This document shows, one piece after another, positions 6,755-16,353 of a DNA stretch of 32,000 nucleotides. The stretch's first letter is position 1, and each line of letters opens with the position of its first letter. The translations under genes and the position numbers were made by a program. Source of the stretch: an archaeon (GTDB lineage: Archaea; Asgardarchaeota; Thorarchaeia; Thorarchaeales; Thorarchaeaceae); NCBI GenBank assembly GCA_024275415.1, contig JAJRZD010000025.1, forward strand, positions 1 to 32,000, in the 5' to 3' direction. A model generated the notes under the pieces. It made no database searches and was not told the DNA's origin. It saw nothing but the letters and a program-made list of their open reading frames with translations.

Positions 6755-9661
6755 ATGCCTAGACTAACGACACGAGGATTCAACTATTTCCTGCTTGGTA
6801 CCTTGCTGGCACTTCTGATATTACCCTCTGTGAGTGCTATCATTCCCTTTGCAGAAAGCCAAGGTAAAACAAATACCACTATCATCGCCCCGGATCTTGA
6901 GAGAATGATGAACGGAGCTACAGCGGACGAGATGCTCCCTCTCACACTTGAATTCGAATCGAGCTATTCCCCGTATTTGATGGAGGAGTTGTTGAACAAA
7001 GTGTCAATCAGTGGCATCGAGATACGAAACATCTTCAGATACATACCCTTTGTTTCATTGTACGCAACCCAAGAAGCGATTATGCAACTAGTTAGGATCG
7101 AGGGGGTCGTTTCGGTCAACTATGACAATAAGATTGAAACTTATCCACTGACTGTAGCAAACCCACCCGCATCAGGTAGTATCGATGCTGGCTACGTACC
7201 CCCTACAGAGATACTTGATGCAGAGGGACTATGGGATCAAGGATATAATGGTACAGGAGTGACTGTTGCTGTCATCGATAGCGGGGTGGATGGAAGTCAT
7301 CCTGACTTGAATGGAAAGATCATAGGATTCTATGACTTGGTAAATGATGAAAGTGACCTTAACGCCACGGATGGCATCACTTCATATGATGATAACGGGC
7401 ACGGAACAGCCGTTTCATGGTTAATAACAGGTTCTGGGAAGGGTACAGATTATGCATACTCAGGGATTGCAGTGGGTGCAAAAATCCTAGCAATCAAGAC
7501 ACTTGATGAGGAAGGCGCTGGTGATGATTCAATCATCGCCCAAGGCATCGAATTTGCAATTTCCTCCAATGTCGATGTCATAAGCTTGAGTATAGGTGGT
7601 GAGTGGTTAGATAACCCATTTTATTCAGATGCTTCTGCCAAGGCAGCGAAAATTGCTGTTGCGGCTGGAATCATCGTGGTTGTGGCTGCTGGGAACTCGG
7701 GTCCTGCCACAGGCACAATCACATCACCAGGTATCGTCCAAGAGGTAATAACAGTAGGAGCCTCAATTGGTGCAGTCGATGTCGTGTCATTCAGTAGCAG
7801 GGGTCCGGTATACAGAGAAACTACTGCACCAAGAGGAGCCGTTGCAAAGCCGGACGTACTTGCTCCAGGCTATGGTATCTTAACAGGTATTGCTTCTGGT
7901 GCGTCTCCTTACGACTATTTGCCATACAACACCACACAGTTTGATGCAGATTATACACTCTTCTCCGGAACATCAGCAGCAGCACCACAGATTGCGGCGC
8001 TGGCTGCCCTTCTTCTTGATAAACATCCCGCATTGACTCCTATTGAGGCGAAGACCGCGTTGATGAAGGGAGCCACTGACCTTGATGCAGATTCGCTTGA
8101 GCAAGGATATGGACTTGCTAATGTCACAAGGGCATCTGAGATAATCAGTGACACAGCGGGACTGATGACCCTAATCACACCTCTCAGATATCCAACACTC
8201 CCAGGCACTAGTCAGGTATTGATTGTGGGCGACTCGAGAAGCCCAATGAATGCCACGGTCATCTCAACTGTGAACAGAGGAGTGGCAACGATTGAAACAG
8301 AAGGCAATGCATCCCAGTTCGTCATAACCAGTCAGAGTGTCGACGTGGGTGTCGGATATAGCTATTTCAACATCGGACTGGAGGTTCCACATAATCTCCC
8401 GCTGAGTGCGCTGGGCAAGTATGTGGGAACCTTGGACTTGATAGTTGGGACAGAAATAATTGCATCGATGAAACTCGACCTGCTAATCACAACCTATGGC
8501 GGAAAGATGCTGGTGGACATGGGACATCATTCTAGCACAGATCCGGATGACGTATCATATTACAGATATTTCTCGGAGTACCTACGGGAGCAAGGTATGG
8601 TCATTGGCGAATATCCAGAGAATTGGGAGGAACAAATAGGTTTCTTGAGAGCGTTTGATGCAGCAGCATTATCCTCTACCGAGGTGCTCATGATAATGGA
8701 TACGGAGCAGTCGTATAGCCAGAATGAGATTGACCTGATCCATTCATTTGTTGAGAATGGGGGCATCCTACTGATATTGTCCGAAGGTTTTGATTCCGAT
8801 GCTAATATGCCAGCCTTTGCTTTCGAGTCGTACAACCGGATACTAGAGCCTTATGGGATTCAAGTTGAAGATAATTGGATAGGAGAAAATGGTGGTCAGG
8901 TCTATGGGGCAGATATCGGAGGCGCTGTGGATGAACACCCACTTACCGAAGGTGTACGCAATCTGTATGTGCTGAATGGAGGGACATTCTCAATAGACTC
9001 GACTGTTTCAGGCGCAAAAGGACTTGTGTGGACTGATTCGGCTAAGACTCATGCACTTGTTGCAGTCGGAGAGGCTGGGAAAGGCAAAGTGATCGCAATT
9101 TCAGATGGATCAATGCTTTACGATTCTTCGATATACGATGCTGAACTAAACAATGCTGACAACCTAAAACTCTTGGAGAATGTAGCAAAGGCAATTGTCC
9201 CCAATCTGCCGAGAATCTATGATGTTGCTCTCAATTATGGTGAGGTCGGAGAGGCTGCGAATCTCACGGCTTACATTTTTGACGATAATATAGATACTGT
9301 GAACATATCGCTAACCGGCCCTGATGGTGAAGAAATTGACGCTCCGCTGAATCAGGAATTTGGATATAAATACACAATTGACTTTGTCTTGGAATCTACA
9401 GGATTCTATGATATCACGGTGACTGTGACTGACCTTGATGGATATGTACGAACCTATGCGAAGACTATTCTAATCCCAGTCAAAGCTCTTGATGACGCAG
9501 TCCTAATGGGAGTTGTGTACGGATTGCTAGGAATAGTCGGAATCGCACTAGCGTATGTGGGAATCCTGAAATTCGGAAGAGGGAGAAAGTTGAGGCGTCA
9601 TGTTGACCGTGAATGGTCTCCGCGGTGGGAAACTGATGATTCGCCCCCATCTATTGAATAG
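6755..9661 (+). CDS. Membrane-anchored S8 subtilase with Site-1-protease-like architecture (prodomain, S8, Ig-like, GATase/DUF4350-like, Ig-like, TM, basic tail)
   Basis: The ATG at 6755 (GGATGGT upstream) is preferred over the TTG at 6716. Signal peptide present. VAVIDSG (Asp 7277), DDNGHGT (His 7400), [15 protein letters not shown] (Ser 7973). GATase-like domain at ~8500-9200. TM [24 protein letters not shown], then [10 protein letters not shown]. Confidence 0.93.
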   Translation: [968 protein letters not shown]

Positions 9662-10931
9662 GTCCTAGCGTTTCCTCGAGATGATCCCTCATCCGTTTGT
9701 GCAACGGCTCAAGAAGTGGGGCTTCGTCCAATTTCGCCCCCATTTCTATTCTTTTGTGAATTTGGTAGCCGATTCGAGCACCCATACGAGAAGTGATGAC
9801 CTGCCCACCAATCAATGTCCCGTCTGAACTTGTGACTAGTGCGATTTTTGTGAACTCAGCGGGATCCTCAATGTAAAGCACATTGGCATCGATGCCAAGA
9901 TCCTCTGCAATCACAGAAGAAATGCCAACACAAACAATATCCGTATCGAATATCCTATCATACTGGAACCTTATTGAAACGTCATCATAGACTTTCTTGC
10001 CCCCAACTGCTGCCACACCAGCCTGACGGCCTGCTCTGGCTGCGACACTCCCGATTGGCATTAGGACAGGCTTCCCAGTAAGTCGATCGTGCATCTCGAT
10101 ACAATCACCAACAGAGTAGATGCCGTCCTTCGATGTTTCCAAAAGGGTGCCTACTTTGACACCACCAAGACCACCAATCTCAAGACCCATTGACTGTGCG
10201 AGTTGCACATCGGGCTTGACACCTGTCATGAAGAGAACAGCATCAGCATCGTAGGTCTGACCATTCAATTTAACCCCTTGGACTTTGGTTTCACCAAGTA
10301 CCTCGTCGGGAGAAACTCCGGAGTGCACGATTAATCGTTGGGACAAACGAGAAAGTAGCTCGTCGCTCATCGGTTCTTAAAGCAGACGACGCATCAAGCG
10401 AGACCTTACGACAAGATGCACTTCCTTGCCCATGTGCAGCAGTCGCTCAGCCACTTCCAGCCCGCTAAACCCAGCTCCGATAACGAATATCCGATCCATG
10501 CTTTCCAATTGCTCACCGATACGGGAGGTGTCGCTCATGTCCTGAATCGTGAAGACTCCTTCGAGGGCAGCCCCTTTGATTGAGGGGATTGCAGGGACGC
10601 CTCCAGTTGCCAGAATGAGCTTGTCGAACGAGTCATCAGTCACAGATCCTCCGACCTCCACCTTCAACATTTTGGTGGAAGTGTCGATAGAAACCACCTG
10701 TGCCTCATTGATGACTACGATGCCTTTCTCTTTCAGTCGAGCAACAGACCAGTCAGAAATCATCAGGTCTTTAGTCGTAGGATGTTCCAGAGCTAGTGAT
10801 GCGCCTGGCTTCCTATGAGCATCAAGAGATTCCCTTGTATAGATCACAACATCAGTATTCCTATCAAAGGTCTTTGCAGCAACAGCTGCTGACACACCAC
10901 CAGGTCCATATCCAATGATAACTAGTCGCAT
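9651..10931 (-). pseudogene. FAD-dependent pyridine nucleotide-disulfide oxidoreductase (Nox/rubredoxin-reductase-like) interrupted by an in-frame TAA at 10379-10377
   Basis: The track ORFs 10377-10946 and 9651-10370 are in the same frame: ...RLMRRLL-TAA-EPMSDELL... Motifs: IIGYGPGG (FAD), LILATGG, VIGAGFSGLE (NAD), TSKDGIYSVGDC. The likely start is the ATG at 10931, after GAGGTG. Confidence 0.82.
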
Positions 10932-10932
10932 C

Positions 10933-13900
10933 CTATGACACCTCACTGAATCGGGTCTTCCGTAGGTAGAGCAGTACTACTCCCGCCACAAGACCAATAC
11001 CCCCTATAAGGATTACATAGGAGTAGTCTTCAGCAATGGTCAGTTGTCCGAGCAGGAGTGAAACCTCTTCACCGCCAATGGATATTGCCACCGCATACAC
11101 ATCATAGACCCCAGAGGTCATACCCGATGGAGAGATGTCAAATTGGTATTCGCCATTATCCCCGGACAGGGTAATATTGAACATTAATCCATAAGATAGT
11201 TGAAGTGACAGCCGCACCTCAGCCGCGAGTAGGTGACCTTCTACTGTGACATTACCCGTGATGCGCTCTGAAACAAGCCACCCTATACGGACTACACTCT
11301 GGTCAAGATGGCCCTCGACAATCCTCAGTTCCACTGAGCCACCACCAGAGAGAATCACTGGAAGAAATGTCAAATCGTGGGTCCCGTCTGTAAGCATAAT
11401 CATCAGGGAAAGTGTCCCCAGAGATGAGAACTCTGATGTATCAACTTGAGTCTGTATTGAAAGAAGGGCAGATTTGGTAGTTGAGTTTAGCACAGTCAAA
11501 CTTCCGTCAATGACATCAAACTGGACGCTTAGCTGATTTGAGGTGGTATCCTTGTCAGAGAGTCGGAGATTGAAAGTATAAAGCTCATCAGAGGACTCCA
11601 TGTCCAATGTTTCGATCAGCGGAGCCCACTGGTCAGTCAACTGAACAGTAGAGGTTTCATCAACAGTTGTATTCGTGGCATTCCCTGTGAAGAATTCAAT
11701 TCGTCCAAAGTCAGTCCCCAAATCGTGTTCTATAGCAACATAGACGAAATTCGAGGAGTTGCTCCAACTTGTGGTTCCAGCAGCGACATACATGCCACCT
11801 TGCCAAGTGTATATATTTGCAACATTGTTACTGATGTTTACCTTCATATCGACTCCTAAAAGACCCGTGGACATGGAATTGTCTGTGTCCCAGTTCAATG
11901 TAATGACATTGGTTCCAGAATAGTCAGGAGAACCACGAAGACCAACTCGAAACCATGTCGTTTCATTTGTCAGATATACACTGACATTCAGGATGTCTAG
12001 TCCAGAATCAACACTCGGATCTGTGACATCGACCGCATTATAGGGTATTCCGTTCCACGCAGGAAAGCCTGTTGGAGAAAGCACATGCTGTACAGACCAG
12101 ACAGGATTCACAAAGCCAAACCCGAAAGAAGGAGAGGGGGTTTCATAATGACCATCAACACCACCAGACCCTTGAAGAAGGGCAGATAATGTCCGCCATC
12201 CATCGGTATCCTCAGATGCGTCTCTTATGAGCGCGACGACACCTGCTGCATGAGGAGCAGCCATACTTGTTCCAGATCGAGTGGCCCACAGCGAGGTGAC
12301 ACTATTGCGTGCTGCCCTAATTGCATCCCCGGGAGCGCTGACAACGGGTTTAGGAATCCCATCGATTCTGGGGCCTATACTTGAGGTGGAACTAAGCCCT
12401 AGTGTGACCTCATTGTAAGCTGTGACAGTGATGCCGATATCAGCTGTGCCTGGCGAGCTGATAGTATGAGAGAAGTCAAGCTTGCTGGTGAATTTCAAGT
12501 TCAGTCCCGCCCAGTTATTGTCCCATGCATACGCGTGGATTGTGATATCATCGCCTTCAGGATTTGAAACAGTAAGAGTCCAGCTGCCCATATCCCAGAA
12601 ATGATCCTGCGCGGACACCTGAACAATGACCCTGTTCATGCCCTTGATACTTCGGTCGGGGAAAACATAAGCCGAGATATTGTCGTGTTCTAGGACAAAT
12701 GGATTCGAAACAATCTCGTTGAAGGCTCCAAGGTCAATCTTTTCGTCAGAGTTCGGCGGAGTAAGAATCACATGTTCATCGTCATCCTCACTCTGCCATA
12801 GGACGTTTAGGAACGAGTAATCAGGAGGGTTGCTGACAGCCAAAAGGGCACTCTCTTCGCCACCGGAGGGGACGTTGAAGCTTGCATGCTTAGGACGACC
12901 GCCAAGATTCCCTGCGGCAAGTGTCGAAAGCACTCCGGATTGCATGAAGACCTCAGTAATCGCAAGATCCTCGTAGTCGGTTCCGTCAAGAAAACCGAGA
13001 TAGCTTGAGAATGACATGTTTATCACATCTGCGTCATTCTCAGCAGCGAATGCGATCCCATCGAGCACATCCTCCGAGCTGAGAGAACTTTTGATGATGA
13101 TAAGGTCTGCTCCTGGGGCCACACCCACATAATCAGTCATCCCAATCTGCCCTCCAGCAATGATGGACGCTACATGAGTCCCATGTCCATTAGTATCGAC
13201 AACAGATATGGCGTCAGTGAGGTTCACTCCTCTGACATAGACCTTTGATGTTATCTGGTCGTAGAGGATGGCAACCTTCGATTCACCCAGGATGACGACC
13301 TTCTCGCTGTTCAGATCGATGAGCCCGTTATCATCAGCATCGACTCCTCCAAGCCACCTCTCACCAGCAGCGAAATCGAACCTGCCATTATCATTCAAGT
13401 CAATGAACATATAGTCTTCGCCATAATCAATTAATGCACCGCCTTGCCCTGTGATTGTGGCAATTGGGCCCTCATCGGAATCAGCAATCGAATCGTTGTC
13501 GATGTCTATATAGAAGTCCGAGCCATCGAAAACGACAGCGAATGGATCTGAGGATTTCCTCCACAATGACGGGTGTAACCATGATGCCCCGGTGTCGATA
13601 ACTGCAACACGGGTGCCAGAGCCATCTATCCCTTTGCCATCGTCTTCCAGATCATTCCAGACTTCAGGCGCTTTGATTGCAGGCACAGATGATGCTATGG
13701 ATGGAAAGAACTGCTTTGATCCTGACGATGCCTGTATCAGTCCAACCCTGTCAAGCTCTTCAAGGGCGATAACATCGGACACCTTGACAAGATAGATGCC
13801 ACCTATATGCACTGGTTGTCCCCCCCGTTTCTTGAACTCGATCCCTAGTGACTCTGCATATTGAATTTCAGCAGGAGTGAGTTGTGCGTGAAAGCGGAGG

Positions 13901-14109
13901 ATAGCACTGGCTCCGTAGTCAGATGCCAATCTAGACCCCGCAAGCGGAGTGTCGTCTAGATTCCGAATCTCCATCTTTAGTTGGGATTCTATCATCGGAC
14001 GTTGATACCTGTCATCCGTCAGCGTTGCGTGGCCGGAATTAATAGAGATTATCGCAGGAACGTGCAATGTAGAAAGAACCAGAATGAACACAAGGAGTCG
14101 TCTATACAT
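10933..14109 (-). CDS. Secreted membrane-anchored S8 subtilase with a Ca-loop insert and a Csp-like insertion (1058 aa)
   Basis: Signal peptide; VAVIDTG, DTNGHGTHVAS, AAGNLGG, RSGTSMAAPHAAG; C-terminal TM YVILIGGIGLVAGVVLLYL plus RKTR. Confidence 0.93.
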   Translation of the reverse strand: MYRRLLVFILVLSTLHVPAIISINSGHATLTDDRYQRPMIESQLKMEIRNLDDTPLAGSRLASDYGASAILRFHAQLTPAEIQYAESLGIEFKKRGGQPVHIGGIYLVKVSDVIALEELDRVGLIQASSGSKQFFPSIASSVPAIKAPEVWNDLEDDGKGIDGSGTRVAVIDTGASWLHPSLWRKSSDPFAVVFDGSDFYIDIDNDSIADSDEGPIATITGQGGALIDYGEDYMFIDLNDNGRFDFAAGERWLGGVDADDNGLIDLNSEKVVILGESKVAILYDQITSKVYVRGVNLTDAISVVDTNGHGTHVASIIAGGQIGMTDYVGVAPGADLIIIKSSLSSEDVLDGIAFAAENDADVINMSFSSYLGFLDGTDYEDLAITEVFMQSGVLSTLAAGNLGGRPKHASFNVPSGGEESALLAVSNPPDYSFLNVLWQSEDDDEHVILTPPNSDEKIDLGAFNEIVSNPFVLEHDNISAYVFPDRSIKGMNRVIVQVSAQDHFWDMGSWTLTVSNPEGDDITIHAYAWDNNWAGLNLKFTSKLDFSHTISSPGTADIGITVTAYNEVTLGLSSTSSIGPRIDGIPKPVVSAPGDAIRAARNSVTSLWATRSGTSMAAPHAAGVVALIRDASEDTDGWRTLSALLQGSGGVDGHYETPSPSFGFGFVNPVWSVQHVLSPTGFPAWNGIPYNAVDVTDPSVDSGLDILNVSVYLTNETTWFRVGLRGSPDYSGTNVITLNWDTDNSMSTGLLGVDMKVNISNNVANIYTWQGGMYVAAGTTSWSNSSNFVYVAIEHDLGTDFGRIEFFTGNATNTTVDETSTVQLTDQWAPLIETLDMESSDELYTFNLRLSDKDTTSNQLSVQFDVIDGSLTVLNSTTKSALLSIQTQVDTSEFSSLGTLSLMIMLTDGTHDLTFLPVILSGGGSVELRIVEGHLDQSVVRIGWLVSERITGNVTVEGHLLAAEVRLSLQLSYGLMFNITLSGDNGEYQFDISPSGMTSGVYDVYAVAISIGGEEVSLLLGQLTIAEDYSYVILIGGIGLVAGVVLLYLRKTRFSEVS

Positions 14110-14331
14110 GATATGGCCTCAGATGCAATTTCTTGAACTATCTGTTTCACAGATATGCTTTCTGCCTGAAAACTTTAGAAAAAGGATGCGGTATCCATGA
14201 TTTCTCACAGTGTACTCATTGGATAGAGATCATCTGAAACACAGTATCAAGAGGTCACGACAGAAAATACATCATATCCTGCACCACCCAATACGCATTT
14301 ATGTATGGCAGAGTAATGAATTGTCTGAATC

Positions 14332-16353
14332 ATGATTGATGTTCCCCCCGAGTTCATAGGTTTCAAGGATTGTCCCAGCATACCTTGGGATGAGATATCC
14401 AGACGGATAAAAACAAAGAAACAAACCGAGCAGAAGTACTTTGAGGCTTTTACAGATGCCGCCATAGATATCGCAACTCGTGAATGCATGAACGACTCAC
14501 CAGAAGAGGATATCTTGGTCTTTGGTCTACAAGCATGTCTAACAAGAGGTAGGCTTGCCGAAGCGCTTTTCATCTCTACAGGATCCGGTATCGTCAGAAT
14601 CCTGAGCCTTCGAGGTATCGTGCTTTTCATATTGTCCGATACTGATGGGCTGAGGGATGTGTTGAAGAAAATGGAGGAACTGATCACCGATGAGTCACCC
14701 CCAGCAGATAGAGTCAGATTAAGCACGGTCAAAGTGCTTCTTGCCGCAGCAGAAAAAGATACGAGCGTCATCATTGCAGTCATGGAGTTTGACAATCTAT
14801 TAGAAACCCATCCTGAACAAGTCGAGAACCCATTGACGGAAACCATGTTCACACTGTATGTCATTGGGGATTTGCTTAGAATGGTCGGGCAGGCATCACG
14901 GGCGACTCGCATCAATGATACACTACAGGAGATGGCACTAAAGGGAAATCATCGGATGTTTCTCGCACTGTCAGAGAATCTAAGGGGGAACATATGCAAC
15001 ATCATGGGAGAAATGCAAGAGGCCGAGAAACATTATCTCAAAATAAAAGAGATAAGTGAGGCACTATGCTTCAATTTAGGACTGGGAATTGCATACAACA
15101 ATCTTGGGACAATACGGCATTTTGGGCTAAACCTAGAGGAAGCAATGGAGTTCTATCGAAAAGCCTACGAAACAATGGATATGGATGCCGCAAAAACAGC
15201 ACCCTTAGCTAACCTTGGAGAAATTGCTGTCACACTGGGCAGATTTGAAGAGGCGGAGCGGTTTCTGACGGAGGCTATCAGGATAGAGGAGAAAACGAAC
15301 TTTGGTACAATCGAAGCATATGCATGGTATGTAATCCTACTAGCTCGCACTGGTCGTGAGAAGGAGGCAAGGAAATTCCTCAAGATTACCAGAGATAGGA
15401 CTGCAAGGACTGAGAAGCCACTTCACAATGGGGCGTACCTGATAGCAAAAGCATCAGTTGATGTTGCAGGCAAGAAATGGAAGACTGCAATAAAGAACTT
15501 CGAGGAGGCCTTACGTATTGCTCGCGACAACAACCTATTCGAGATATTGATCCGAAGCGAGCTGTTCCTCGTGCAAACGCATATGAAGGTGTATGAGCAC
15601 GAAGCAGTAGAGGAGGAGCTTGAAAGGGCTGTCTATCACCTCAACGACTTGATTCAGATTGCAAAGGAGCAAGGGCTACAGCACCTTTATGCGGAGTCAC
15701 TGCTTTTGAGAAGTGATATCTTCCGTATGGCAGGAAGGAAATTGGAAGCAAAGGGGGATGCGGAGAGGGCAAAAAGTATTGCGTCGTATATCGAAGATGA
15801 TAGACTCATAGAACAGGCTGAGAACAGATTGAGCCTTATTAGTGGAAGGAGAGTTGCTCCAAAAGCAGGAATCGAGCTATCCGAGAAAATGCATCGTGTC
15901 GCTGCTTTCCGGCCCACAGGACAGTTGAAGCAGGTGCCACGACCTGACCTGTATATCTTGCTCACCCTCAGCAGAAACTCGGGTCTCTCTGAGTATGTGT
16001 ATAAATTCGACTCGGACATAGATATGGACAGTGGACTGATCAGCGGGTTCGTTTCTGCAATCACTACCTTCTCTAGTGAAGTAATGGGAAAGATAGGGAT
16101 GCTTCGGTCAATCAATCATGAGGGGTTCACTCTCATGATGGAGCACACAAAAAATAGAATCATCACGCTAATTGCAGAAGAAGAATCATTTGATATCCGA
16201 TACCTCTTGCGAGAGTTTGCTAGTACATTTCAAGAGAAATATCCCGAAGTCATACTGGAAGGGATTGGAGAGGACACATTCCGATGGGCTGACGAATTCG
16301 TTCAGGAACTCTTCTCGTCAGGTAGTGATTCTAGCGAGAGTCTGGCACTCTAA
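14332..16353 (+). CDS. TPR-repeat protein with a C-terminal longin-like domain (673 aa)
   Basis: TPR-like repeats (AYNNLGTIRHFGLNLEEAMEFYRKA; LANLGEIAVTLGRFEEAERFLTEA). The C-terminal segment LYILLTLSRNSGLSEY...SGLISGFVSAITTFSSEV...LRSINHEG...ITLIAEE is typical of Asgard longin domains. Confidence 0.88.
   Translation: MIDVPPEFIGFKDCPSIPWDEISRRIKTKKQTEQKYFEAFTDAAIDIATRECMNDSPEEDILVFGLQACLTRGRLAEALFISTGSGIVRILSLRGIVLFILSDTDGLRDVLKKMEELITDESPPADRVRLSTVKVLLAAAEKDTSVIIAVMEFDNLLETHPEQVENPLTETMFTLYVIGDLLRMVGQASRATRINDTLQEMALKGNHRMFLALSENLRGNICNIMGEMQEAEKHYLKIKEISEALCFNLGLGIAYNNLGTIRHFGLNLEEAMEFYRKAYETMDMDAAKTAPLANLGEIAVTLGRFEEAERFLTEAIRIEEKTNFGTIEAYAWYVILLARTGREKEARKFLKITRDRTARTEKPLHNGAYLIAKASVDVAGKKWKTAIKNFEEALRIARDNNLFEILIRSELFLVQTHMKVYEHEAVEEELERAVYHLNDLIQIAKEQGLQHLYAESLLLRSDIFRMAGRKLEAKGDAERAKSIASYIEDDRLIEQAENRLSLISGRRVAPKAGIELSEKMHRVAAFRPTGQLKQVPRPDLYILLTLSRNSGLSEYVYKFDSDIDMDSGLISGFVSAITTFSSEVMGKIGMLRSINHEGFTLMMEHTKNRIITLIAEEESFDIRYLLREFASTFQEKYPEVILEGIGEDTFRWADEFVQELFSSGSDSSESLAL

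Noticed and set aside
10377-10379. Selenocysteine or pyrrolysine recoding of the internal stop
   Set aside because: The codon is TAA, not TGA or TAG, and the position is not a catalytic site.
14247-14915. 222-aa minus-strand ORF, plus other antisense ORFs over 100 aa (5339-5776, 15687-16115, 17605-18048, 29195-29674, 31565-31975)
   Set aside because: They lie opposite well-supported genes and have Ser-rich shadow-type composition.
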